From Desulfatiglandales bacterium (GTDB taxonomy: Bacteria; Desulfobacterota; DSM-4660; Desulfatiglandales; HGW-15), in NCBI GenBank assembly GCA_041685835.1, contig JAWLEX010000006.1, positions 1 to 51,827 on the forward strand: a stretch of DNA of 51,827 bases, in the 5' to 3' direction. The position numbers were made by a program, and so were the translations under genes. Shown piece by piece: positions 1 to 8,503 of this stretch (its first letter is position 1; each line of letters opens with the position of its first letter). The notes under the pieces were generated by a model. The model did not search any database. It had not been told where the DNA came from and saw nothing but the letters and a program-made list of their open reading frames with translations.

Positions 1-91
1 GTTGCGCGGAGGCGTACTGAAGTACGCCGCACAAGCAACCTCGCAGATTGACGCCGAGATTGGCAAAAAAGACCATTTCTGGATGGAAACT
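1..91 (-). mobile_element. Partial copy (cut by the window edge) of the ~145-bp MITE-like palindromic repeat (family A); inverted relative to the copy at 30171-30315
   Basis: 1-90 is the near-exact reverse complement of about 30172-30262 (GTTTCCATCCAGAAATGGTCTTTTTTGCCAATCTCGGCGTCAATCTGCGAGGTTGCTTGTGCGGCGTACT...). Confidence 0.85.
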
Positions 92-216
92 AGCTTGTTG
101 AGGCCCCGGCCCGCGCCGGGGCCCGGCCCCAACCCCTCCTTTATGAAGCCATTGATGGATTCGTAAAAACCTTATTATCTTGCAAAGAGACACAGAGGCG
201 CAGAGGAAAAACAAGA

Positions 217-1041
217 TTAAAGACCGGAAGCAAGTCTCAGGTAGAAGTCTTGAATCCGGCTCTCAAATTCCTTCCGCGATACCCCCGCCCTCCCCTCCCC
301 GCAGTTCCACCACCCTATTTGGTTAAGGTGGTCGGCATCGATGGTCGCCAGGTGGTAGTCCTCCTTCCACATCGCCGACGAGCGCGGCACGAGCCCGTCG
401 TTGTCCCCTTCCTCGTTCTGAATGATACGGGAAGCAAAACGCATGGGCAGAAAAATGCGCTCAAGGGGCTGTGTCCCTGCGACTGTGCGGTAGTGCACAC
501 CGTTTTTTTCCTCGTAGGGGGCCGCCGTCTCGTTGAAACGGCGGCATTGCTCCCGTGTGAGGTCCCGGAATCCGTCCAGGCTGAGTCCAAAACCGCGGGA
601 AAGGTCCATCAGGGAGTCGAAGCGCCGCAGACCCCAGTCGGCATAGGACGTGCCCAGGTGCGGCGTCCCGATGGACGTAAGAGAGGCCACACGGTCTTCC
701 ATTCTGTAGTTCAGGAGCATGTGCCGGGCATCCAGGCCGCCCATGCTGTGGGCTATGATATGTACCCTGGGCCACCGGTGGAACCCTTCCGTGAGCCGAA
801 TTATATCATCGCGAAGGTCCCGGGCCCGGGCGTCAACGCTGCCTGCCCATGCTACGCTGGTGTGAAAGACGGTATATCCGTATCGCATCAGGGTGCTTCG
901 GATCAGGCGGAAATAGTGAAACCGGTCGTCCGGCCCATTGTCCCCCCCGGTCAAAGGGTGGAAAAGACGGGTGAAAGGGCAGATGCCATGGGCCAGCATT
1001 ACGGGCAGCTTGGTCGGCAAAGTGGTCCGCCTCCTTGGCAT
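217..1041 (-). CDS. Alpha/beta-hydrolase, triacylglycerol lipase/esterase-like
   Basis: Oxyanion AHG, nucleophile elbow AHSMGG, TPHxG, NDGLV (Asp) and DHLNQIG (His). Confidence 0.85.
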   Translation of the reverse strand: MPRRRTTLPTKLPVMLAHGICPFTRLFHPLTGGDNGPDDRFHYFRLIRSTLMRYGYTVFHTSVAWAGSVDARARDLRDDIIRLTEGFHRWPRVHIIAHSMGGLDARHMLLNYRMEDRVASLTSIGTPHLGTSYADWGLRRFDSLMDLSRGFGLSLDGFRDLTREQCRRFNETAAPYEEKNGVHYRTVAGTQPLERIFLPMRFASRIIQNEEGDNDGLVPRSSAMWKEDYHLATIDADHLNQIGWWNCGEGRAGVSRKEFESRIQDFYLRLASGL

Positions 1042-1209
1042 GGACTCCCGGCGGGGTGAAAGTCCAGGGACGCTGATTCCTCTTATCCTGTGGTCCCGGG
1101 TTTGTCAAACCACGAATTGACGATTTCCGTGCCTGTGCAGCCGAAGGTGCTCGGATGCACTACAAAAACTATTGACAAGCCGGAGACCATTGGTTTAGGT
1201 ATATGGCTC

Positions 1210-1227
1210 TTGGGAAAAAAATCACGA
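1210..1227. promoter_or_regulatory. Candidate Rex (NADH/NAD+ sensing repressor) operator upstream of hdrA
   Basis: TTGGGAAAAAAATCACGA resembles the 18-nt TTGTGAA-N4-TTCACAA Rex box (3 mismatches). It lies downstream of TTGACA (1172-1177) and upstream of the hdrA RBS. Confidence 0.35.
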
Positions 1228-1261
1228 TTGGCTAACTCTTCAAAATAAGGAGAAAAGTTCC

Positions 1262-4200
1262 ATGCCGAAGGATATTTTGGGTTCGGTGATGGTAGTGGGA
1301 GGCGGGATCGCAGGCATGCAGTCCGCGCTCGACCTGGCTGATTCCGGATACTACGTCTATCTCCTGGAAAAATCCCCGTCCATTGGCGGTACCATGGCCC
1401 AACTGGACAAGACCTTCCCCACCAACGACTGTGCCATGTGAATTATCTCGCCCAAACTGGTCGAGGTCGGCCGGCACATGAACATCGAGTTGCTCACCCT
1501 GTCCGAGATCAAAGACGTGAAGGGGGAGAAGGGAAATTTTGAGGTGGAGGTCCTTCAGCGCCCCAGGTTCGTGGACCTGGACAAATGCATCGGTTGCGGC
1601 ACCTGTGCAGAAAAATGTCCCAAAAAGGTGCCCGATGAATACAATATAGGACTTCAAAATCGCAAGGCCGCCTATGTGCCCTATCCCCAGGCGGTTCCCC
1701 TCAAGTACGCCATTGACAAGGACAACTGTATTTACTTCCAGAAGGGAAAGTGCAGGGCCTGCGAGAAGTTCTGCCCCACCGACGCCATCAAGTTCGATGA
1801 CGAGGAAAAGACCTTCATCGTGAGAGTGGGGTCCGTCATCCTGTCAACCGGTTTCAAACCGTTCGACCCCAAGGCATTCGACACGTACAACTACGCCAGG
1901 CACCCCAACGTCATCACCTCAATGGAGTTTGAACGGATCCTCTCGGCCTCCGGCCCCACCATGGGTCACCTGGCGCGCCCCTCTGATGAAAAAGAACCTG
2001 AAAAGATTGCATTCCTTCAGTGTGTGGGATCCCGGGACATCAACCGCTGCGACCATGGTTACTGCTCGGCGGTCTGCTGCATGTACGCCATCAAGGAGGC
2101 GGTCGTGGCCAAGGAGCACAGCGGCGACGGCCTGGACTGCGCCATCTTCTTCATGGACATGCGGACTCACGGCAAGGACTTTGAACGCTATTACAACGAC
2201 GCCGAAACAAAGCAGGGCGTCCGTTTTATCCGCTCACGGATTCACACCGTAACGCCCGTTTTGGACAGCGATGACCTGCTGCTCCGTTACACAACCGAAG
2301 AGGGTGAACTGGTGGAGGAGACCTTCCAAATGGTCGTTCTCTCCGTGGGGCTCGAGACCTCTCCCGAACTGAGCGCGCTGGCGGGCAAACTGGGGATCGA
2401 ACTCACAGAGGGCGGTTTCTGTCGTACGGGCTCCTTTTCACCAGTGGCGACTTCCCGTGACGGGATCTATGTCTGCGGCGCCTTCCAGGGCCCCAAGGAC
2501 ATCCCGCAGTCCGTTATCGAGGCGAGTTCGGCGGCGGCCGAGGCCGGGGCGCCTCTGGCGTCGGCACGCAACACCGAGACTCGTGAACCGGAGATCGTCG
2601 AGCAGAGAAACGTGGTGGGAGAGCGGCCCCGCATAGGGGTCTTTATATGCCGCTGCGGCATCAATATCGCCGGTGTCGTGGACGTGCCAGCGGTCGTCGA
2701 ATACGCCAAGGATCTTCCTTACGTGGAGTTCGCTTCGGACAACCTCTACTCATGTTCCCAGGACACCCAGGACAATATGGCCGCGGTGATTCGGGAAAAC
2801 AACCTGAACCGGATCGTGGTGGCCGCCTGCACCCCCAAGACGCACGAGCCGCTTTTTCAAGAGACGCTTACGGCCGCCGGTCTCAACAAGTATCTTTTTG
2901 AGATGACCAACATCCGGAATCAGGATTCCTGGGTCCACAAGGAATACCCCGAGGCCGCCACAGAGAAGGCCATGGACCTGGTCCGGATGGCGGTTTCCAA
3001 GGCGGCCCTGGTGGAGCCGCTCCAGGAGGCCCAGGTGGACATCAATCCGCGGGCCCTGGTGCTTGGAGGCGGGATATCAGGAATGGTGGCGGCCCTCAGC
3101 CTGAGCGCCCAGGGACACCCTGTGACCCTGGTGGAGCGGAGCACCAGGCTGGGTGGTCAGGCCCTGAACCTCAACCGGACCGCCCTGGGCGAGGACATTC
3201 AGGAGAAAATCATCGAACTGGCACAGGCCGTGGAGGAGGATGAGAAGATTGATATCCGCCTGGACACCGAGCTCAATCAGGTGGACGGTTTTGTGGGGAA
3301 CTTCGAGTCCATCCTTGTCTCCGGAGGCGAGCAGGACACAGTGGAGCACGGCGTGGCCGTCATTGCCACCGGCGCGACTGAGCACAGGCCAAAGGAGTAT
3401 CTCTACGGTGAACACCCGTCCGTAATGACGCACCAGGAACTCGATCGGAAGTTCATCGACAATGACCCGTCGCTTCGAGATGCCAAAGCTTACGCATTCA
3501 TCCAGTGCGTGGGCTCCAGGGAGCCGGACCGCCCTTACTGCTCCAGGGTCTGCTGCACCCATTCCATCAAGAGCGCGCTCCTTTTAAAGGAACTCAATCC
3601 TGATTCGAGGGTCTACATCCTCTACCGGGACATTAGGACCTATGGAGAGAGGGAACTGCTCTATAAGCAGGCCCGTGAGGCCGGTGTAATTTTCATCCGC
3701 TACCGGCGTGAGCATAAGCCGCGTGTGGAAGCAAACGGCGATGCGCTCATGATCGACGTTTTTGATCCGATTCTGGGGCGGGACGTCCGCATTCATGCCG
3801 GCACGCTTACCCTGGCGTCGGCCATCGTTCCTTATCGGGATGAGACTCTGGCCCAGTTCTTCAAGGTGCCCATGAATGAAGACGGCTTCTTCGTGGAGGC
3901 CCACGCCAAACTGGCCCCGTCGGAATTCGCCACGGACGGCGTTTTTCTATGCGGTATGGCCCACTACCCGAAACCCATTGACGAATCCGTGGCCCAGGCC
4001 CAGGCTGCAGCTTCAAGGGCGGTCACCCTGCTGGCCCGCAAGACCATCGCCACGAGCGGCACAGTGGCGTACGTCACGTCCGCCATGTGCAGCAGCTGCG
4101 GAGTCTGCATAACACTCTGCCCTTACAGCGCTCCATCCTTCATGGAAGAGGGTCCGCATGCCGGAAGGGCCGAGATAAACCCCGTGCTGTGCAAGGGGTG

Positions 4201-4291
4201 CGGCCTGTGCGTTGCCTCGTGCCGTTCAGGTGCCATCAACCTGCGAGGGTTCGAGACCGGCCAGATCATCTCCATGATCGACGAAATGTAA
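1262..4291 (+). CDS. hdrA: Heterodisulfide reductase subunit A-like flavo/Fe-S protein, ~1009 aa, two tandem HdrA modules; selenoprotein (Sec60, TGA at 1439-1441)
   Basis: ATG at 1262 after AAGGAG reads [18 protein letters not shown]...[20 protein letters not shown], in frame with the 1478 ORF. Two GGGI(A/S)G FAD motifs, two CVGSR...CSxVCC motifs and several 4Fe-4S motifs. Confidence 0.93.
1457..1474 (+). promoter_or_regulatory. Candidate bacterial SECIS hairpin for hdrA Sec60
   Basis: CTGGTCG-AGGT-CGGCCGG stem-loop begins 16 nt after the TGA; loop GG at +24/+25. Confidence 0.7.
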
Positions 4292-4433
4292 GGAAAGGAA
4301 TACCGCTACCAATAGGCCCGTGTGCCTTTTCCGCGGAATTGAGCGGCGGGCGCCGGGCCCCGGCACAAACACATGAACGGTCTTACGCTCGCGGGGGGCA
4401 TCCCTTCGGGTCGTGAACAGCGAGGAGAAGAGC

Positions 4434-4865
4434 ATGAACGACTGGGAACCGAAGATCACGGCGTTCTTCTGCAACTGGTGCACATACGGGGCCGCCGACC
4501 TGGCCGGTGTGAGCCGGCTGCAGTACCCCCCCAACATCAGAGTCATCCGCGTGCCATGCTCAGGCCGCATTTCTCCGAAGTTCCTTCTGGCCGCGTTCCG
4601 GCACGGGGCGGACGGCGTCTGGGTCTCCGGGTGACACCCCGGAGACTGCCATTACCTGGAAGGTAATTACTACGCCCGTCGCAAGTTCGCCCTGTTCAAG
4701 AACCTCCTGGAACACATCGGAATGGAGCCGGGAAGGCTTCACTTCTCATGGATCTCCTCGGCTGAGGCCACGAAGTTCGTTCGGGTCGCCAACGAGGTGG
4801 TCCAGGCGGTCAAGGACGCCGGTCCGGCCAAGCGTCTCATAAAAGGAATAGCTGAGGTGGCATAA
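4434..4865 (+). CDS. flxD: MvhD/FlxD [2Fe-2S] subunit, 143 aa; selenoprotein (Sec67, TGA at 4632-4634)
   Basis: [22 protein letters not shown], then [18 protein letters not shown]...WISSAE, which is the MvhD GCHPGDCHY motif with Cys replaced by UGA. The frame stays open to TAA at 4863-4865, overlapping the next ATG. Confidence 0.93.
4651..4667 (+). promoter_or_regulatory. Candidate bacterial SECIS hairpin for flxD Sec67
   Basis: ATTACCT-GGA-AGGTAAT perfect 7-bp stem begins 17 nt after the TGA; loop GG at +24/+25. Confidence 0.7.
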
Positions 4866-5821
4866 TGATCGAGTACACGCAAAAAATCCGCGAGACCGCA
4901 AAGAGGCTGCTTTCGGACGGGGTCGTGGACGTATTCATAGGGTACAGAAAGGGCTCTGTGCCCATGATGAACGAACCCGTTCTGGTGCGTGATCCCGGAG
5001 ATGTGGAAGTGCTGCATTGGGACAGCAACTGCGGCCTGAATCTGTGCAATTACCTGACGGGAAGGACGGACAAGGTCGGAATACTCGCCACGGGCTGCGT
5101 TTCCCGTAACATAGTTACCCACGTGATCGAGAACCAGATCACTCGGGAGCAACTCCATATCGTGGGCGTGCCGTGCACCGGCATCATCAACCACAGGGCC
5201 GTGAAGCGCGCAGTCAAGTACCGGGAAATAACCGAGGTGGTTGAGGAGCCGGGCTCGGGTAGGTTCACCGTGAAAGGACCCGGCTACGAAGAGACATTGG
5301 AAAAGACCGGCTTGCTTCAGCTCAACTGCGCAACCTGCCGTCACAGGAACCCGGTGGAGTATGATGAGCTCGTTGCCGATGCGGTGCCGGAACAGGAGGA
5401 CATTCAGGAGTTCAAGGACGTAGAGAAAATCGAGGCCATGGAACCCGATAAAAAGTGGGCCTTTTTCGAGCGTGCGATCTCATCCTGCATTAGGTGCTAT
5501 GCCTGCCGTAACGCCTGTCCCCTCTGCTACTGCCCGACTTGTTTCGTTGACGAATCCAACCCCCAGTGGGTCGGGAAGAGCATTGACCCCACAGACACCA
5601 TGACCTTTCACTTCCTCAGGGCGTTTCACTGTGCGGGGCGCTGCACTGACTGCGGGGCCTGCGAGCGTGTCTGCCCCGTGGGCATTCCGGTTCGCCAGTT
5701 CACCAAGAAGCTCAACAAGGACTGCATTGAGCTGTTCGACTGGGAGGCGGGATTGAGCCTGGAAAGCCGGCCCCCGCTGGACGTCTACCGCAAGGAGGAC
5801 CCCAACGACTTTATTCGTTAG
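4865..5821 (+). CDS. flxC: FlxC-like 4Fe-4S protein (FdhB/FrhB-related)
   Basis: CIRCYACRNACPLCYCPTC and GRCTDCGACERVCP motifs; position between flxD and flxB. Confidence 0.8.
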   Translation: MIEYTQKIRETAKRLLSDGVVDVFIGYRKGSVPMMNEPVLVRDPGDVEVLHWDSNCGLNLCNYLTGRTDKVGILATGCVSRNIVTHVIENQITREQLHIVGVPCTGIINHRAVKRAVKYREITEVVEEPGSGRFTVKGPGYEETLEKTGLLQLNCATCRHRNPVEYDELVADAVPEQEDIQEFKDVEKIEAMEPDKKWAFFERAISSCIRCYACRNACPLCYCPTCFVDESNPQWVGKSIDPTDTMTFHFLRAFHCAGRCTDCGACERVCPVGIPVRQFTKKLNKDCIELFDWEAGLSLESRPPLDVYRKEDPNDFIR

Positions 5822-5868
5822 GTCCCGGTCGGGAAGGATCATAAACTCTGCGAGCAAAGGAACATTCA

Positions 5869-6912
5869 ATGAGTGCCAAGATATTCAGCAAGGATGAATG
5901 GGTCGGAGTCCTTGAAGGATTGAAGGACGACTACCGGGTGTATGTGCCCGTCAGGGAAGGGGATTATCACAACTTCCGTGTCTTGGAAGCGGGTACCCGG
6001 CCGAGCTTCGACTTCCAGAACACGCGCATGTCGGCCAAGTTCCTGGCCGAGCCCCAGTCGGAGCGCATGTTCGTATACACCCTGGACGAAAAAGATCCCG
6101 ACGCCCACATCCTGAAAGAAGAAGAAAAGGCGATTCCGCCCCTGGCCGTGGTGGGGATCCGTCCATGCGACGCCTATGCATTCAAGCTTGTGAGGCGGAA
6201 CTTCGACACCCCGGACTATAAAGATCCCTTTTGGATCAAGCGCTACGAGGCCACCACTTTCGTAGGGCTGGGATGTAATGATCCCTGTAAGACCTGCTTC
6301 TGCGCCTCCGCCGGGAGCGGTCCATTTGATCGAAAAGGTCTGGACGTCCTTCTATATGATATCGGCGACGCCTATCTGGCCCAGCCCCTCACTGACAAAG
6401 GGGAGGCCCTGCTTGACAAGGCGGCCGGGGGAAAGGAGGCCGACGATGCCTCCTGGAAGACGGCTCAGGCCCTCACTCGGCAGGTGGCCGGAAAGATCTC
6501 GTCCAGGGTGCCCACGGACAAGCTCAAAGACAAGGACGTGAACGAGCTGTACGGAGCCTCTTTCTGGGAAGACGTGGCCTTTTCCTGCATCAACTGCGGT
6601 ACCTGCACCTACCTCTGTCCTACATGCTGGTGCTTCGACGTCCAGGACGAGGTGCAGAGGCTGCCCATGGCCGGGGACCGAATCAGAAACTGGGACTCCT
6701 GCATGTTTCCTTTGTTCACCCTGCACGGGTCCGGGCACAATCCGCGGTCTCAAAAAACAGAGCGGGTGCGGCAGCGCTTCATGCACAAGCTCAAGTACTA
6801 TGTGGACAAGTATGATAACGGGATCCAGTGCGTGGGTTGCGGTCGGTGCGTCCAGTTCTGCCCCGTGAACATCGATATTCGAAAAGTCGCCGAAAAGATG
6901 AACTCGCTCTAG
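5869..6912 (+). CDS. flxB: FlxB-like (AsrA-related) 4Fe-4S protein
   Basis: GIRPCD, CINCGTCTYLCPTCWCF, RVRQRFMHK and CVGCGRCVQFCPVNIDI motifs. Confidence 0.85.
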   Translation: MSAKIFSKDEWVGVLEGLKDDYRVYVPVREGDYHNFRVLEAGTRPSFDFQNTRMSAKFLAEPQSERMFVYTLDEKDPDAHILKEEEKAIPPLAVVGIRPCDAYAFKLVRRNFDTPDYKDPFWIKRYEATTFVGLGCNDPCKTCFCASAGSGPFDRKGLDVLLYDIGDAYLAQPLTDKGEALLDKAAGGKEADDASWKTAQALTRQVAGKISSRVPTDKLKDKDVNELYGASFWEDVAFSCINCGTCTYLCPTCWCFDVQDEVQRLPMAGDRIRNWDSCMFPLFTLHGSGHNPRSQKTERVRQRFMHKLKYYVDKYDNGIQCVGCGRCVQFCPVNIDIRKVAEKMNSL

Positions 6913-7000
6913 GATCGAGGTCGACTTTTAAGGCCGTTTTCTTCGACGCTCTAAAAGCCCAGGAATCAAGATCAACGACCAAGATACAGGGGGTGACCCA

Positions 7001-7843
7001 TTGGAAAATCCGTATCTCCCATACCCGGTTCGCATTGACAATATCACCACGGAGACCGAGGACCGCAACCTGAAGACGTTCAAATTCGTGTTCATCAACC
7101 CTGAAGACGAAGCAAAATTCGCCTATACGCCCGGACAGTTCGCGGAACTCTCCATCGCCGGAAAAGGCGAGATCCCCATCGGCATTGCCTCCTCTCCCAC
7201 CGAGAAGGGACACATAGACTTCACGGTGAACAAGGTGGGTAAGGTCACGACCCACCTGCACAACATGAAGGAAGGAGATGTAATGGGGGTCCGCGGTCCC
7301 CTGGGAAACTGGTATCCCTGGGAGGAGATGGAAGGGAAGAACGTGGTGATCATAGGAGGCGGGTTCGCCTTTACCACGCTTCGCTCCAGCATCGTCTACA
7401 TGCTGGAACCCGAAAACAGGTCCAGGTTCGAGAACATCACGGTGGTATACGGCGCCCGTTCGCCGGGCATGCTTCTTTACAAGGATGAGCTCATGGAGTG
7501 GGAGAAGCGGGACGACCTGGACATGCACATCACTGTAGACGGCACGGACGATCCGGACTGGAAGTACAACATCGGTTTTGTGCCCGCCGTCACCGAGCAG
7601 AAAGTCACCAGCGCCGAGAACGCCATAGCCATCGTGTGCGGGCCGCCGATCATGATAAGATTTACCCAGCCCGTGCTGGAAAAACTCGATTTCCCACCCG
7701 AGAATATCATACTTTCCCTGGAGAACCGTATGAAATGCGGTATCGGCATATGCGGGCACTGCAATATCGGGGAGAAGTTCGTCTGCAAGGACGGGCCTGT
7801 CTTTTCCCTGGCCAGGCTCAAGGAGTTGCCGCCTGATTATTGA
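7001..7843 (+). CDS. flxA: FlxA-like FAD/NAD(H)-binding oxidoreductase with 2Fe-2S (AsrB/PyrK family)
   Basis: PGQF, RGPLGN, IIGGG, CGPPIM and MKCGIGICGHC...VCKDGPVF motifs; TTG start after a purine-rich RBS. Confidence 0.88.
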   Translation: MENPYLPYPVRIDNITTETEDRNLKTFKFVFINPEDEAKFAYTPGQFAELSIAGKGEIPIGIASSPTEKGHIDFTVNKVGKVTTHLHNMKEGDVMGVRGPLGNWYPWEEMEGKNVVIIGGGFAFTTLRSSIVYMLEPENRSRFENITVVYGARSPGMLLYKDELMEWEKRDDLDMHITVDGTDDPDWKYNIGFVPAVTEQKVTSAENAIAIVCGPPIMIRFTQPVLEKLDFPPENIILSLENRMKCGIGICGHCNIGEKFVCKDGPVFSLARLKELPPDY

Positions 7844-7872
7844 TGCGGCCGGGTACCGGAGCAAGCGGAACC

Positions 7873-8226
7873 ATGGGGAAGCAAAGCACAATATCTTTTA
7901 TAGCCGCAGACACCCAACTCGTCGGAGACCTTCAGAGCAACGCGCGCCTGATGGTCGAAGGGAGTGTTGAGGGGAACATCCGCTGCTCCGAGTTGACCAT
8001 CTCCCTTACGGGCCGGGTCGCCGGTGATTTGCAGACCGGGACCGCCTTTGTGGCCGGAAAGCACATCGGAACGATCATAGCCCACAAGAAGCTTATGATC
8101 CACGCTACGGGTTCTGTGGAAGGGAAGATACTGACCCGGAGCCTCGTCATCGAGGAAGGGGGGTGCGTGGACGGGGACATCCAGGTGATGACCACTGTCG
8201 ACGAGTTCCCGGAATACACCCCCTGA
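7873..8226 (+). CDS. Bactofilin (polymer-forming cytoskeletal protein)
   Basis: Repeated beta-helix pattern (GxVxGxI, LxIxxTGxVxG, LVIEEGGxVDG). Start may be 7873 (ATG) or 7840. Confidence 0.8.
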   Translation: MGKQSTISFIAADTQLVGDLQSNARLMVEGSVEGNIRCSELTISLTGRVAGDLQTGTAFVAGKHIGTIIAHKKLMIHATGSVEGKILTRSLVIEEGGCVDGDIQVMTTVDEFPEYTP

Positions 8227-8305
8227 TGGCGGAAAGGCCGTGGTTCGTGTCGGTGATCCGTGTCGGTGATCCGCGTTTGCAGCCGGACCCTGTTTTTCCC
8301 TCAAC

Positions 8306-8503
8306 ACCTAAATCGGGCCCTTGCCCGCAACCCGAAGTCAAGGAGCGCTGGCGCTAAGAATGAGCGTTTAGTTTGGTTTCTTCGGTATCGAAATCGCTAT
8401 CGGTATCGAAATCGATTTTCTCCAATCGATAGACCCCGGAGTCTTCCTTAACACAGCGGTAGACATCAAGCTTTTCGTGTCAAGTATCATTTTATTTTTT
8501 TTC
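8306..8503 (+). repeat. Dispersed ~200-bp repeat (family B), copy 1, truncated on the right
   Basis: Aligns with about 30351-30567 (CGGGCCCTTGCCCGCAACCC...ATCGAAATCGCTATCGG...CACAGCGGTAGACATCAAGCTTTTCGTGTCAAGTATCATTTT). Confidence 0.85.

Noticed and set aside
1478-4634. hdrA and flxD as truncated genes or pseudogenes
   Set aside because: The stops are TGA at conserved Cys positions with SECIS-like hairpins and intact downstream frames; Sec recoding explains them better.
8249-8276. Short tandem duplication (CGTGTCGGTGATC x2) after the bactofilin gene
   Set aside because: Only two units and no other copy seen; insufficient evidence of function.
1-8503. Repeats A and B bracketing lipase-hdrA-flx as a composite transposon
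   Set aside because: The two ends belong to different families, no transposase or shared target duplication is visible, and such repeats appear scattered through the window.
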